A stretch of DNA of 64,000 bases from Dictyostelium discoideum (lineage: Eukaryota), in NCBI GenBank assembly GCA_000004695.1, contig CM000151.3:5088001-5152000 (forward strand). Direction: 5' to 3'. The notes under the pieces are model-generated. The model did no database searches, was not told the DNA's origin, and saw only the letters and a list, made by a program, of their open reading frames with translations. How positions within the stretch are numbered: the stretch's first letter is position 1; each line of letters opens with the position of its first letter. The translations under genes and the position numbers were made by a program. Positions 1 to 11,600 of the stretch are shown here, one piece after another.

Positions 1-2
1 AT

Positions 3-290
3 CACCATCATCACCACCATCATCACCATCATCACCACCATCATGGTGGTAATCATATTAATCCAAATCAATGCCTTTTAAATCAAATTAAAGTTCCATC
101 TCAATTTCATGGTCATCTTTATTCAGAATTATTCGAAACTCTCATACATAAAAATATTTTACCACTTGGTTTATATAGGTGTAAAGAAATTACTGGTGCT
201 CCAAATTCTTACGTTTTCACTTGTCCTCCAGTTGATACAATTTTACATGAAAAAGATTTAGTTTATATTTTATATAGACAATCAAATTAA
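3..290 (+). CDS. 3'-terminal coding segment (5' end lies outside the window) of a Slo/BK-type K+ channel-like protein, with poly-His tract
   Basis: Frame 3 is open from the window edge to TAA at 288-290. Translation: HHHHHHHHHHHHHHGGNHINPNQCLLNQIKVPSQFHGHLYSELFETLIHKNILPLGLYRCKEITGAPNSYVFTCPPVDTILHEKDLVYILYRQSN. The LYRC..SYVFTCPP..DLV segment resembles the conserved extreme C-terminus of BK channels (IYRL..RYVITNPP..DLIFCL). Called from memory, not from a search. Confidence 0.45.
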   Translation, partial: HHHHHHHHHHHHHHGGNHINPNQCLLNQIKVPSQFHGHLYSELFETLIHKNILPLGLYRCKEITGAPNSYVFTCPPVDTILHEKDLVYILYRQSN

Positions 291-294
291 TAGG

Positions 295-341
<47 letters not shown>

Positions 342-351
342 TTAATATTAA

Positions 352-418
352 CACACTTACACACACATCACAAAAACCACAAGCACAATAGTGATGTGTG
401 TGTGTGTGTGTGTGTGTT
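352..418. repeat. (AC)n ... (GT)n inverted repeat able to form a hairpin (stem about 11 bp, acacacatcac / gtgatgtgtgt, 19-nt loop) followed by (GT)9, in the 3' flank of the K+ channel-like gene
   Basis: Direct inspection. 361-371 is the exact reverse complement of 391-401. Confidence 0.7.
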
Positions 419-1105
419 AAATTATTAATTTATTTATTTTTAAATACCAATCAATTATTATTATCATTATTATTATTATTTAATAAAAATTATAATTCTC
501 CCAATATCTCACGAGTATTTCAATCGAAACAATCAAAATTGTTGTCGTGTTTTTTTTTTTTTTTTTTTACATACTCAACTAACACAATCACAAAAAAAAT
601 TTATTTAATATTTATTTTTTATTCATCTTTGCTTATCGAAAATAAACCATAAAAAAAAAAAAAAAAGAAAAAAAAAAAAAATTAAAATACAAATTAAAAA
701 GTTTTATTTATTAAGTTCATATTTCCATAATATTAAAAATAGTTGTCAAAAAAAAAAGTTTTGATCAATGGAAAAATTATTTTAACCCTTTTTTCTATTC
801 AGTTTTTTTGTTTTTTAAAAAATTAACAGCCAATTTAAAAATAGTAGTACTAAATCATTAATGAAAAAAAAAAAAAATTAAAAACACATCATGGTACAGT
901 ACAAATTCACACTAAATTATATAAACACATTAAAAAAAAAATAATAATAATAAAATACTAAAAATATAATATTTCCAAATCCAACATTTTTTTATTTTTT
1001 TTTAATTTTTTTTTTTTTTTTCTGATGGTATGCAGTATTTGTATAAAATAATTAAAACACACTAAACACTCCAACACTCACCACACATCAAATTTCTATT
1101 TTATT

Positions 1106-1146
<41 letters not shown>

Positions 1147-1740
1147 TTTATTTTCTTTTTTTTTTTTTTTTTTTTTTTTTATTTATTTATTTTTTGGTTA
1201 TTCATTTTTTTTTTTTTTTAATTTTTTCTTTTATTAATTTTTTTTTATTTATTCAAAAATAAACATAAATAATTATCAACATCAAATTCATACAAAAAAA
1301 AAAAAATAAAATAAAAAAATAATATTTAAATAGTTAGTATATAAAAATAAAAATAAAAATAAAAATAAAAAAAAAAATAAAAAAATAAAAATAATTTTTA
1401 CCAATTGCAAAAAAAAAAAAAAAAAAAAAAATTTTCGATTGATCAAATCAAAACATTTTGACTAACACAAAAAAGGTAAGTGTGCTTTTGCTCACTAATA
1501 AGTGAATGGCAAAAACAATTGTTACCTTTTTTTTTTTTATTTTTTTATTTTTTTTTATTTTTTTTTTTTTCCAACTCCAAAATCATTTTGGTGGCAAAAC
1601 CCTCATTTTAAATGAAAATATTATAAAAAAAAAAAAAAAAAGCCCGTTGAAAAATAAAAATAAAAAAAAAAAAAAATTAAAAAAAAAAAAAATAAAAATA
1701 AAAAATTAATGTTTTTTTTTTTATTTTTTTTATTTATATC

Positions 1741-1771
<31 letters not shown>

Positions 1772-1987
1772 CCAAAATTTTTTTTTCAAGATATAAAATT
1801 ACAGACATTTAGCAATAAATATAAAAGTACCAGTACATTTACTTACAACCCTATTTAATAGTAGGGATAGTTAATAATATAAATATAAATAACAACAATA
1901 AGAACAATAAAAAAAAAAAAAAAGTAATCAAAAATAAAATTTAATATAAAAACACATACACACATATAAAAATTAAATAAATCAAAA

Positions 1988-2120
1988 ATGGGTTGTTTTA
2001 ATTCAAAAGAAGCTGGAGCAGGTAGACCAAAAACTACTACTCAACAACAACAACAAGCAACACCAGAACCAACTGTTACTACAGCTGAAGTTAGAGCAGA
2101 TGAAAAAATTTCAATGGATC
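1988..2120 (+). CDS. CaMK-like Ser/Thr protein kinase, exon 1 of 3 (MGCFNSKE.., phase-1 end)
   Basis: ATG at 1988. N-terminal MGC suggests myristoylation plus palmitoylation. GTATGT donor at 2121. Confidence 0.75.
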
Positions 2121-2489
2121 GTATGTATATTTGTATATATTTTTAAAAAAAAAAAAATAATCACATTATATCTCATATGACATCAAATTATGTTATCATT
2201 TTATATATATATATATATTTTTTTTTATTTTTTTTTATTTTTAGTTTTTTTTTTTTTTTTATTTTTATTTTCATAAAACAATATTCAAAAAAAAAAAATA
2301 AAAAAAAAAATAAAATTTTATTTTTTTGAATCTTTTTTTATTTTTGTTATATCTTTTTTTTATATTTTAATATCTCTTTTTTTTTTTTTTATTATTATTT
2401 TTATTATTTTTTTTATTTTTATTTTTAAAAAAACTAATTTACTAATTAATTTTTTTATTTTTTTTAAATAAAAAAAAAAACTTAAACAG

Positions 2490-2757
2490 AGGATATTTCA
2501 CAAGGTAATGTTGAAGATTTCTATGTAGTTGGTAAAGAATTAGGTAGAGGTGCATTCTCTGTTGTACGTGAAGGTACTAGAAAGACAACAAGTGATAAAG
2601 TTGCACTCAAATATATTGAAAAGAAATTTGTTAAAAAGAAGCATATTGAACAATTAAGAAGAGAAATTGATATCATGAAAAAAGTTAAACATGAAAATGT
2701 TTTATCATTAAAAGAAATCTTTGAAAGTGATTCACATCTTACTCTTGTTATGGAATT
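2490..2757 (+). CDS. CaMK-like protein kinase, exon 2 of 3
   Basis: Acceptor AG at 2488-2489. Encodes the glycine loop GRGAFSVV, the VAIK-like K (VALKYIEKK) and HENV..LTLVMEL. Donor GTATGT at 2758. Frame is continuous with exon 1 (c+ag=CAG) and exon 3 (tt+g=TTG). Confidence 0.8.
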
Positions 2758-2826
2758 GTATGTATTTAATATAAAAAAAAAAAAAAAAAAAAAAAAAAGA
2801 TAAAGAAGAATTATTAATTTACTAAA

Positions 2827-2857
<31 letters not shown>

Positions 2858-2876
2858 AATAATAATATAAAAAAAG

Positions 2877-3525
2877 GGTAACTGGTGGTGAATTATTTTA
2901 TAAAATTGTTGAAAGAGGTTCATTTACAGAAAAAGGTGCACGTAATGTTGTAAGACAAGTATGTGCTGGTGTTGAATATCTCCATTCACAAGGTATTGCT
3001 CATAGAGATTTGAAACCAGAGAATTTATTATGTAATGGTGAAGGTGAAGATATGACAATCAAAATTGCAGATTTTGGTCTTAGTAAAATATTTGGAACTG
3101 GTGAAGCATTGGAAACAAGTTGTGGTACACCAGATTATGTTGCACCAGAAGTTTTAACTGGTGGTTCATATGATAATGCAGTCGATATGTGGTCAATTGG
3201 TGTCATTACCTATATTTTATTATGTGGTTTCCCACCATTCTATGCTTCATCTCAAAACTTATTATTTGAAAAAATTTTAACCGCTGATTATGATTTCCCA
3301 GAACCAGAATGGACTCATGTCTCTGAACATGCCAAAGCTTTCATTAGAAACTTAATTGTCAAAGATCCAGATCAACGTCATACTGCCAAACAATGTCTTG
3401 ATGACCTTTGGCTCTCTGGTAGTGATCAATCAATTGGTTCTGCTGCTGATCTCCACTCTCATTTCGCTGAAAAGATGAAGAAATATAATGACCAAAGAAG
3501 AGGTGGTCAATCTTCAAATAATTAA
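2877..3525 (+). CDS. CaMK-like protein kinase, exon 3 of 3 (catalytic loop HRDLKPEN, DFG, APE; stop 3523-3525)
   Basis: Acceptor AG at 2875-2876. Translation VTGGELFYKIVERGSFTEKGARNVVRQV..HRDLKPENLL..DFGLSK..GTPDYVAPEVL. Same frame as track ORF 3010..3525. Confidence 0.85.
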
Positions 3526-3815
3526 ATTTAATAATAATAATAATAAAAAAAAAAAAAAAAATCAAAAAAAAAAAAGTAATAATAATAAAAAAAAAAAAAA
3601 AAAAATCTAAAAATAAATTAATGTAAACAATAGTAACATCAAAATAAATGGTTAAAATAATAATAAAATAAATAATCAAAAAAAAAAAAAAAAATAAAAT
3701 AAAATAAAAAATAAAAAAAATAATTTTTAAAAAAAAAAAAAACAAACAAATAATATATTTCTCTTTTTTTTTTTTTTTTTTTTTTTAAAAACATTTTTTT
3801 AATTTATTTTTTAAT

Positions 3816-4591
3816 TTATAATTGATCAGAAGTTGCTTTAATTATTTGTTTCTTTTTATTATCAGAATTAAAAATAACTTCAGCATTTCTCACTTGCCAT
3901 TTATCATCAGAAGCATAAAGATTGAATAAAATACTAGCATTACCTTTTGGACCTTTAATTGGAATGATGACATCAGAGGTTGATTCACCATAGATTAATG
4001 GAAAGATTCTGTTTTTATATGGTACTAATAATGGAAGGTATTGATTTGGAATCATTGAGATTTGTTGTGCAATTGAGTGTTGACTAAGTTCTTCATAGAT
4101 TGCATCCATAATACCAAGTTGTAAATGCTTCTTTTCTCTCTCTGATAATTTCTCTAAATCAATTGGTTGGTTACCATTACCAATACCAATCTTTTGTAAA
4201 AACCATTGATTATCATGGAATGTTGGTGCTTTGAAATCAATTGGTGCAATCTTTAAATTGAAATCTCTTTTCAATTCGATAATTGGTGATTTTGAATCTG
4301 ATGGTGGACTTTCAAATGAAACTGGTCCGCCCAATGTTGATACAACTCTTGGATCATTGGTTACCACTTGAAATACTGGATATAATATATCATTCCATGA
4401 GTCGGCAACAATGGTTTCTGTAGTTGCGTTTTGTCCCTTATAATATGCTAATCCTGTATTGGTTACGTCATATCCTAATTTTGAAATAATTGTAAATGCT
4501 AAAATTTTACCAAGAAGACTTGATCTCTTTTTTTGACTATCTGCTGCTATAACTTGTTCTTTTGAAATTGAAAATGATGAATAATTTCTAA
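3816..4591 (-). CDS. hypothetical protein (271 aa total), exon 2 of 2
   Basis: Open frame continuous from 4591 to TAA at 3816-3818 (FRNYSSFSISKEQVIAADSQKKRSSLLGKILAF...KATSDQL). The track ORF 3816..4367 is its 3' portion. No recognisable domain. Confidence 0.6.
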
Positions 4592-4670
4592 CTAAAAATA
4601 AATAAAAAAAATAAAAAATAAATATAAAATTAAAAAATAAAATTTTAATAATTATAAAAAAAAAACATAC

Positions 4671-4710
4671 AAAATTTATTATTAAAAATTCTTTTAAATG
4701 ATTGATTCAT
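4671..4710 (-). CDS. hypothetical protein, exon 1 of 2 (MNQSFKRIFNNKF + 1 nt), possible mitochondrial presequence
   Basis: ATG at 4710 on the minus strand. Classic GTATGT donor (plus-strand acatac, 4665-4670). A 78-nt A/T-rich intron runs to acceptor AG (plus-strand ct, 4592-4593). Joining restores the long open frame of exon 2, which has no internal ATG. Confidence 0.5.
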
Positions 4711-4784
4711 TTTTTTTTTTTTTTTTTTTGTTGGAATGAAAATGCAAAAATGAAAATATTAATTTTTTTTTTTATTGTCAAGTG

Positions 4785-4818
<34 letters not shown>

Positions 4819-4893
4819 AATAAAAAATGTTTTTTTTTGTATTTTTTGAAATTGTCCAAACAATCATTTTGTGTTTGATAAATATAGAAAACC

Positions 4894-4985
4894 ATGATTT
4901 TTGATTCACTCATATCATTGATTCCAATATCAATGATTATGGTTGGTTGTTGTAGTAATGTTATTTCTTTAGAATTAATTATGAA
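4894..4985 (+). CDS. SLC35B4-like nucleotide-sugar (UDP-GlcNAc/UDP-xylose) transporter, exon 1 of 4
   Basis: ATG at 4894. MIFDSLISLIPISMIMVGCCSNVISLELIMK matches the SLC35B4 N-terminus (..AGCCSNVIFLELL..). Donor GT at 4986. Confidence 0.75.
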
Positions 4986-5099
4986 GTATATATCAATAAT
5001 AAATAAATAAATAATCATTCTCTCCAATTTTATTTTATATTACACTAGTTATTAATTTTAATTTAATTTTTATTTTTACTTTTTTTTTTTTTTTTTCAG

Positions 5100-5481
5100 G
5101 CAATCACAATCACATGCTATATTAGTGACATTTTTTCAATTTGCAACGGTTGCATTTATATCATTTTTTGTTAATATAAGATGGAAACAAGTATTTAGTA
5201 TTTTTTGGATACCAATTGGATTAAGAGAGAGAAAGATACCTTTGAAAACTTATTTCTTAATGGTTTCAATTTTTTTCATTTTATCAGTTTTAAATAATAA
5301 AGCATTAGATTGTGATATACCAATACCATTTCATATGATTTTTAGATCAAGTTCTTTATTATCAACAATTGTAATTGGTTCAATCTTTTATAGAAAATCT
5401 TATTCAAAACAACAAATTCTAAGTTTAATCATGGTTACTTTAGGTATAATTTTTGCAACTTTTAGTTCAATGCCTGATAGT
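5100..5481 (+). CDS. SLC35B4-like transporter, exon 2 of 4
   Basis: Acceptor ttttcag at 5097-5099. Contains track ORF 5125..5493 (..PFHMIFRSSSLLSTIVIGSIF..). Donor GTAAGG at 5482. The intron is dominated by an (AAT)n repeat. Confidence 0.8.
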
Positions 5482-5508
5482 GTAAGGAGATAAAAATAAA
5501 TAAAATAA

Positions 5509-5510
<2 letters not shown>

Positions 5511-5594
<84 letters not shown>
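5511..5594. repeat. (AAT)n microsatellite, about 28 units, inside intron 2 of the SLC35B4-like gene
   Basis: Direct inspection of the sequence. Confidence 0.9.
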
Positions 5595-5595
<1 letters not shown>

Positions 5596-5621
5596 TGAAC
5601 TAATAATTTTATTATTTATAG

Positions 5622-5786
5622 AAAAAAGAAATTTCACTTGGACATGAACCAAATTTATTAAGATTTTCAATTGGTATGCTTATGCTAATTGCAGCAATGT
5701 TTTTATCATCAATTTTAGGTTTAATTCAAGAACATACTTATAAATTGTATGGAAAGGATCGTCATTATGAAACAATATTTTATTCT
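5622..5786 (+). CDS. SLC35B4-like transporter, exon 3 of 4
   Basis: Acceptor tatag at 5620-5621. KKEISLGHEPNLLRFSIGMLMLIAAMFLSSILGLIQEHTYKLYGKDRHYETIFYS. Donor GTAAGT at 5787. Confidence 0.75.
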
Positions 5787-5922
5787 GTAAGTTTTTTTTT
5801 TTTTTTTTTTTTTTTCTCCAAAATAATTTAAATAATAATAATAATAATAAAAATAAAATAGAATAATAATATATTAAGTTTAATATATATATCTAATATT
5901 ATTTATTATTTTAAAAAAATAG

Positions 5923-6339
5923 CATTTATTTTCATTACCGTTTTTTTTATTATTTAAAGATGATATTTTACACCATATACAATTAAATAATGATTCTGCA
6001 TTAATGGCATTACCATTTGGATTTGGATCATTTCCAACATTATGGGTATATTTAATTGTAAATGTTTTAACTCAATATGTATGCATTCAAGGTGTATTTA
6101 TTTTAACTGGTAAAACAAGTACCTTAACTTGTACACTAGTAATCAGTATAAGAAAGTTTTTAAGTATCATCATCTCTGTAATTTATTTCAATAACCATTT
6201 CACATCTTTATTATTCACTGGTACAATTTTGGTATTTTTAGGTACTTTTATGTATTCAACAAGTGGTAAAGTTATTGAAAAACCTTTACCACCAACTAAA
6301 CAAGTAAAAGAAATAGAAAAAGAAAAAAAATTAAATTAA
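5923..6339 (+). CDS. SLC35B4-like transporter, exon 4 of 4 (stop 6337-6339)
   Basis: Acceptor aaatag at 5921-5922. Contains track ORF 6004..6339. The motif LTQYVCIQGVFILTGKTSTLTCTLVISIRKF matches SLC35B4 ITQYVCIRGVFILTTECASLTVTLVVTLRKF. Confidence 0.85.
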   Translation, partial: HLFSLPFFLLFKDDILHHIQLNNDSALMALPFGFGSFPTLWVYLIVNVLTQYVCIQGVFILTGKTSTLTCTLVISIRKFLSIIISVIYFNNHFTSLLFTGTILVFLGTFMYSTSGKVIEKPLPPTKQVKEIEKEKKLN

Positions 6340-6506
6340 AATAATAATAATAATAATAATTAAATAATTAATAATCAAAATCAAGTTTTTTTTTTTTTTT
6401 TTTTCTTTATTTAATTTTTTTTTTCTTTATTTAATTTTTTTATTATTTTATTTATCCAAATATAAAAAATAAAAACATATTACATTACAAACAATAATAA
6501 AAGATT

Positions 6507-6570
<64 letters not shown>

Positions 6571-6578
6571 TTATAAAC

Positions 6579-7340
6579 TTAAAGAGATGATAATAATAAA
6601 CCAAAAATAATTAAAGCAATTGAGGCAAAAACTTTTGAAGAATGATTTGGGTCTTCATCTTCTGAAATTGGAGTACTGGTTTGAGATGGGGTTGGTGAAG
6701 ATGGTTTTGGTTGACTTTTTAATTTTGGAACAAATTTATAATAGATACCATCTGCAATATTACCGTCAAGATCACGACCTGGAACACATTGAGTACTATT
6801 TTTGTAAACATTTGGAATGGCATAACAGTTACCAATGAAACAAGTTGGTTCACTACAAATATAGCTTAGCATAGAATTTTCATCACAAGTTGAATAAGTC
6901 CAAGCCTCAGTGTCATTGACTTTAATTGGGCTACAAGTTCCTTTAAGAATGGAAGTGATAATATAATTCTCTTCACAACCTCCATTGAAAATCACTTCAT
7001 TACAAGAATCCATTGGAAGATCATTAATTGCATCTTGGTAAGTTAAATAATTGTAGGAAACCTTGATTTGGTTATCTTCATCACAGACATGAAGTGGTTC
7101 AGCATAAACGTTGGTCTTGGCATTTGAACATTTTGAGTCCATTTTTTCATTTGCGAAATAATAGGAAACATTCATTCCAACCAATTCTTGTCTGAAAACT
7201 AAATTACAATGTGAATGAAGAACAGTTTTATTTACACCTCCAGTACATCCTGGGGAATTATAAACATTGGTTTTAACTACCAAATCTGATTTTACAATTA
7301 TTAAATTTATTAATAATATAAATGTTAATAAAATTTTCAT
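6579..7340 (-). CDS. secreted Cys-rich cell-surface glycoprotein, probably GPI-anchored (signal peptide, about 20 Cys, Ser/Thr/Pro stalk, C-terminal hydrophobic tail)
   Basis: Single ORF of 253 aa. N-terminal MKILLTFILLINLIIVKS signal. PSSPTPSQTSTPIS stalk followed by the hydrophobic tail SSKVFASIALIIFGLLLSSL, typical of Dictyostelium GPI-anchored surface antigens. Confidence 0.65.
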   Translation of the reverse strand: MKILLTFILLINLIIVKSDLVVKTNVYNSPGCTGGVNKTVLHSHCNLVFRQELVGMNVSYYFANEKMDSKCSNAKTNVYAEPLHVCDEDNQIKVSYNYLTYQDAINDLPMDSCNEVIFNGGCEENYIITSILKGTCSPIKVNDTEAWTYSTCDENSMLSYICSEPTCFIGNCYAIPNVYKNSTQCVPGRDLDGNIADGIYYKFVPKLKSQPKPSSPTPSQTSTPISEDEDPNHSSKVFASIALIIFGLLLSSL

Positions 7341-7369
7341 TTTTTTTTTTTTTAATTATTTATTTGTTC

Positions 7370-7413
<44 letters not shown>

Positions 7414-7606
7414 ATTTTTTTTAAATTGAATTTTATATATAGATTAAGTAATAAAATTATGATATATTTTTAATTATTTTAGAAAATAAATAAATAACAA
7501 ATAATTTTAATGAATAAAATTAAATAAATAATGGAAAAAAAAAAAAATTTATTATTAAAAAAAAAAAAAATAAAAAAAAAAAAAAAAAAAAAAAAAAGGA
7601 TGTGTG

Positions 7607-7637
<31 letters not shown>

Positions 7638-8145
7638 TATCTAATATAATTTAAATTTTATGTAATTTTTTTAATTTTTTTTTTATTTTTTTTTTTTTTT
7701 CTGTGTTAATAATTATTATAATAAATTTTTTACGCATTACCTATAGTGCCTCTTGCATTGTTTGTACAATATTTTTTTCTTAAAATGTAACAAAAATATA
7801 ACCAAATATAATTATTATTATCATTAATAACAATATTTTTATCCCATCAATATTGTGTTTTTTTTTATCTGTTGAAGAACCACCAAAAAAAAAAATAAAA
7901 AAAAAATAAAAAATAAAAAAAAAAATAATAAAAAATAAATGTTAATATTTTGTTTTGGGGGTAATATTAATGATTAAAAATAGAATATTTCAGAGGATAA
8001 TAAAATAATATATAATAAAAAAAATTAATTTTTTTTTTCCAATCGATAAATGGATCACTATCTCTTAGGTTGAATATTTCACAAAGATTTTAATAAAATT
8101 AAAAAAAAAAAAAAAAAAAAAAGAAAAAAAAAACAATATTGTCAA

Positions 8146-8317
8146 AGTGTGTGGGTTAAAACACACAAACACAAATTCAAACACACACAGTATTAACACT
8201 TTATTCACAAAATTACTATTTTAAACTAGTATCAACTATTTTTATATCATATAAAAAGAAAATAAAATTAAAAAAACCTACAAAAAGAAAAAAAGAAAAG
8301 TGTGGGTGGGTGTGTTA
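8146..8317. promoter_or_regulatory. cluster of G-box / CA-element-like GT-rich motifs (agtgtgtgggtt 8146-8157; CA-rich mirror 8160-8190; gtgtgggtgggtgtgtt 8300-8317) about 0.8-1 kb upstream of the GPI-anchored surface-protein gene (minus strand, ATG at 7340)
   Basis: Sequence resembles Dictyostelium G-box-binding-factor target elements (G/T-rich TGGGTGTG-like half sites) known from post-aggregative and cell-type-specific promoters. Called by motif resemblance only. Confidence 0.3.
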
Positions 8318-8697
8318 ATTTTTGTATTCTACTATCAAATGATTATTTATTTTTTTTTTTTCTATTTTTAATTTAATTAAAAAAAAAATACAATACCGAT
8401 AATAAAAAAAGACAGTTGAATCTCAGTAAATATTAAGATTAAATAGAAATAAAATTATATCCAAAATATATAAATAAACTGACCAATCAATATTGGTTTT
8501 TTAATTTTAATTTTCTTGAACAAAAAAAATAAAAAAAATAAAATAAAATAAAACTGGAAAATTAATTATTTTTAAAGTTTTTCTTTTTTTAATTTAACAA
8601 TTTAATTAAATTATACATTTCGAATTTTATTTATTTACTATTATTACTACTACTATTTTATAAATATAAATGGGGTTTTTTTTTCTTTTTTTTTTTT

Positions 8698-11600
8698 TTA
8701 AGGCTTTAATAAATTAGTTGACTCGCCATTAGTTTCGTCATCTTCTTCGTCATCACTACTTTCATCTTCATCAAAATCGTCACTATCATCATAATAATTA
8801 TTATTTAATTCTTCAAAATTTGTTTTTGATTCTTCTTCTAAAATTTTTTCAATTTCTTTTACATTATTATTATTATTTTCATTATTTTCATTATTTTCAT
8901 TATTATTTTCAATATTATTTTCATTATTATTATTAATTTTTGATTTTTTTACAATTTTATCAGTTCTTGATTGTTTTTTATCTTTTTTTGAAAAAATTCC
9001 ACTATCTCTTGAGAAATCATCATCATTATAGATATGATCTTGATTATAGAGGAAATAAGAGTTTGAACCAAAGAGAGTAGTATTTGAATTCTTTCTACCT
9101 TTTTTACCTCTTGAAATGATGTAAAGGTAATGTTGAAGTGAATCAATGATTTGATAACGATAGTTTGAATAGAGGATATAGACAGCATGTAAAAAGAAGA
9201 TAATTGAACTTGAGATTACAATCCATTGTTCAATCGATTGATAGACTGTATTATCGAGATAAACACAACAAATAAAAAGAAGTGATAATGAAGTGAGCTC
9301 TAATCTATTATCAGAGATACGTTTAAATGGTTGATATTTAAGTTGAAGTAATACAGATACTAAACTGACCACTACCAATAGGAAAGATCTTGCTGCCGAT
9401 GTTGGATCCATAGTTGACATTAAAATGATTAACAATCTACGAAGTAATAAAATTACATCCCAAAAGTAAAATGAACTCTTATACTTTAATATAAATACAC
9501 CATAGGTACGTTGAGTGTGTGGGTCATCCAATGATTTACGATTTAAGAATAATAAAATCATAAGAATCAATGGGAAACCAATAATAACAATCAATAGACA
9601 ATAACTGACCATCAATGCTTTATGATATTGGTCAGTATAACAACTAACACCATTATTGGCAATTAACACATAAGCGGATACCCCAACATTTTCACAAAAG
9701 AATAATTCAAATGTTGCTTTACCAATTGGTGTATAAATATTAAGCATTAACTTTATAAATGCACCCAATTGTTGACTAAGGAATGTTTGATTACTTGGTA
9801 TAGCGGTTGCATTATCAATTAGAGTAACTTGTGAACTTAAACTACCAGAGATTGAGGTTTCGATTGATTTACCAAGTATTGAATGTTTTCCACCATCTGC
9901 AATTGTTGAATAACCATCACGAGATAAATCACCATCATTTGTAGTTGTATTAGTAGAATCAAAAGAATCATCATCATCATTTTCTAATAATGGTTGTTGT
10001 TGTTGTTGTTGTTTTCTTAATAAAGATTTTCTTTCTAAACTTTTTTGTAATGATGAATTATTGATTGTACCAGGATCTGATGTAACTATAATTGAAGAAT
10101 AATTTGAAATTGATTTACTTTTTTCAATATCTTCTTGTTCTTTAATGATTTTATTCTTTAATTTTTGAATTAATTTATATCTATAGACTATATAGAAAAA
10201 AACCGTTGAAATAAGTAATACAACAATTAACCATGGAGCTGAAAGTAAGGTGAAATAATGTTGTTGATAATAATCGAATGGACCAGGACAAATACCAAAA
10301 ATACTTGATGAGCCACCTGGTTGAAATTCAAGATTTAGTAAAGCCAAGAAATTGAATTTAACACCAGTTGAAAGTACCATAAGAGTTTGTGCGAAATAAA
10401 TGATAACTGTCATAAGACCAGATTCTGAATCAGAACTTTGTACCAATACGATCATACCAATAGATACTGCAACGATGGCAATGAATAGAATGGGCGATGT
10501 TTTATCACATCTTTTACAACCTTCACCCCAATCATAATAACCAGGATCACATTGAGCACATAATGGACCAAAACTATATGGGGCACACATATCAGATGTA
10601 TTACTACCAATACAATTTACATTTGGACATTCATATAAAACATAGGGTTTATCAGTTTGATTGACATCATACCACCAACCTTCGAATTGATTCACTTTAG
10701 CACCACCTGGACAATAGGCATGAATTGATGGACATTGAACACAGGTTTCACCATTGTAACCATAGGAACCAGTACGACATTCAGTACATTCAATCTTTGT
10801 AGTGGATGGAATTTGACCAGGACTGCATTTCAATACATTACTTACAGTTTGATTCACTGGTAAATTTGGGTTATTACTAAGGAATTCAACATCAACTGTT
10901 GTATTGATCGGACCATAGAGAGTTGTATTTGAAAAAATGGCAATACCATTATAGGTTGAGGTGGAATCAATTGTATTACCAGAAATTTGAAGGAAAATTT
11001 TCACTTCAAAACCAGATACGATTTGACCTTCTTCATCTTTGATATAGATTCTACCAGAGTATGTATCTTGACCTGATCTGAAACTTGAGGGGAAAGGATC
11101 CTCTACATCGATAAGAGCAGCATCGGTTGCAGTATTATTTCCATAGGAAGCAGTATTACCAGAGAAAATGGCATTATTCTTTATGGTTGGACCTGGTGTA
11201 CTACTATAGAAAATAACACCACCACCTCCACTTGCAGAATTATTCTGATAGATACCTCCATCTATGGTAATTAAATTACCAGCGATAGTGGTTGAGATCA
11301 CACCACCTTGTTTAGCGAAATTTCCAATGGCTGTACAATTATCCAATACCACTGAGGAGAATGTAAATATACAACCACCTAAAATACCTGGTGAACGATT
11401 ATTTTGAAAGAGAACATTTTTAAAAGTTGATGTACTACCTTCATATTGTGTAAGAATAGAATTTGTAGAGGTATTTGAAAAATTATCAATAAATTTGGAA
11501 TTGATAACGGTTAAATTCGATTGACTAAGTAAATTTATAATTGTATCTGTATTTGATGAGAAAACACTATTTTCAATTAAAACATTTGAAAGTGGACTAA

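Noticed and set aside
398-652. Track ORF MCVCVCV.. (GTG start) over the (GT)n microsatellite
   Set aside because: Translation of a dinucleotide repeat and A/T low-complexity DNA in the 3' flank of the K+ channel-like gene. No coding signal.
1506-1709. Track ORF rich in F/K
   Set aside because: Homopolymer T/A tract translation. It lies in the promoter region of the CaMK-like gene.
3359-3745. Minus-strand ORF MFFFFLKIIFF..
   Set aside because: Antisense of the CaMK-like 3' end plus poly-A/T. Pure low complexity.
4707-5027. Minus-strand 106-aa ORF containing MSESKIM
   Set aside because: It is the antisense strand of exon 1 of the SLC35B4-like transporter (4894-4985). The real minus-strand start is the 40-nt exon at 4671-4710.
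5467-5670. Minus ORF with a poly-Ile run
   Set aside because: Antisense translation of the intronic (AAT)n repeat.
6620-6838. Plus-strand 72-aa ORF inside the GPI-protein gene
   Set aside because: Antisense of a well-supported Cys-rich secreted protein ORF.
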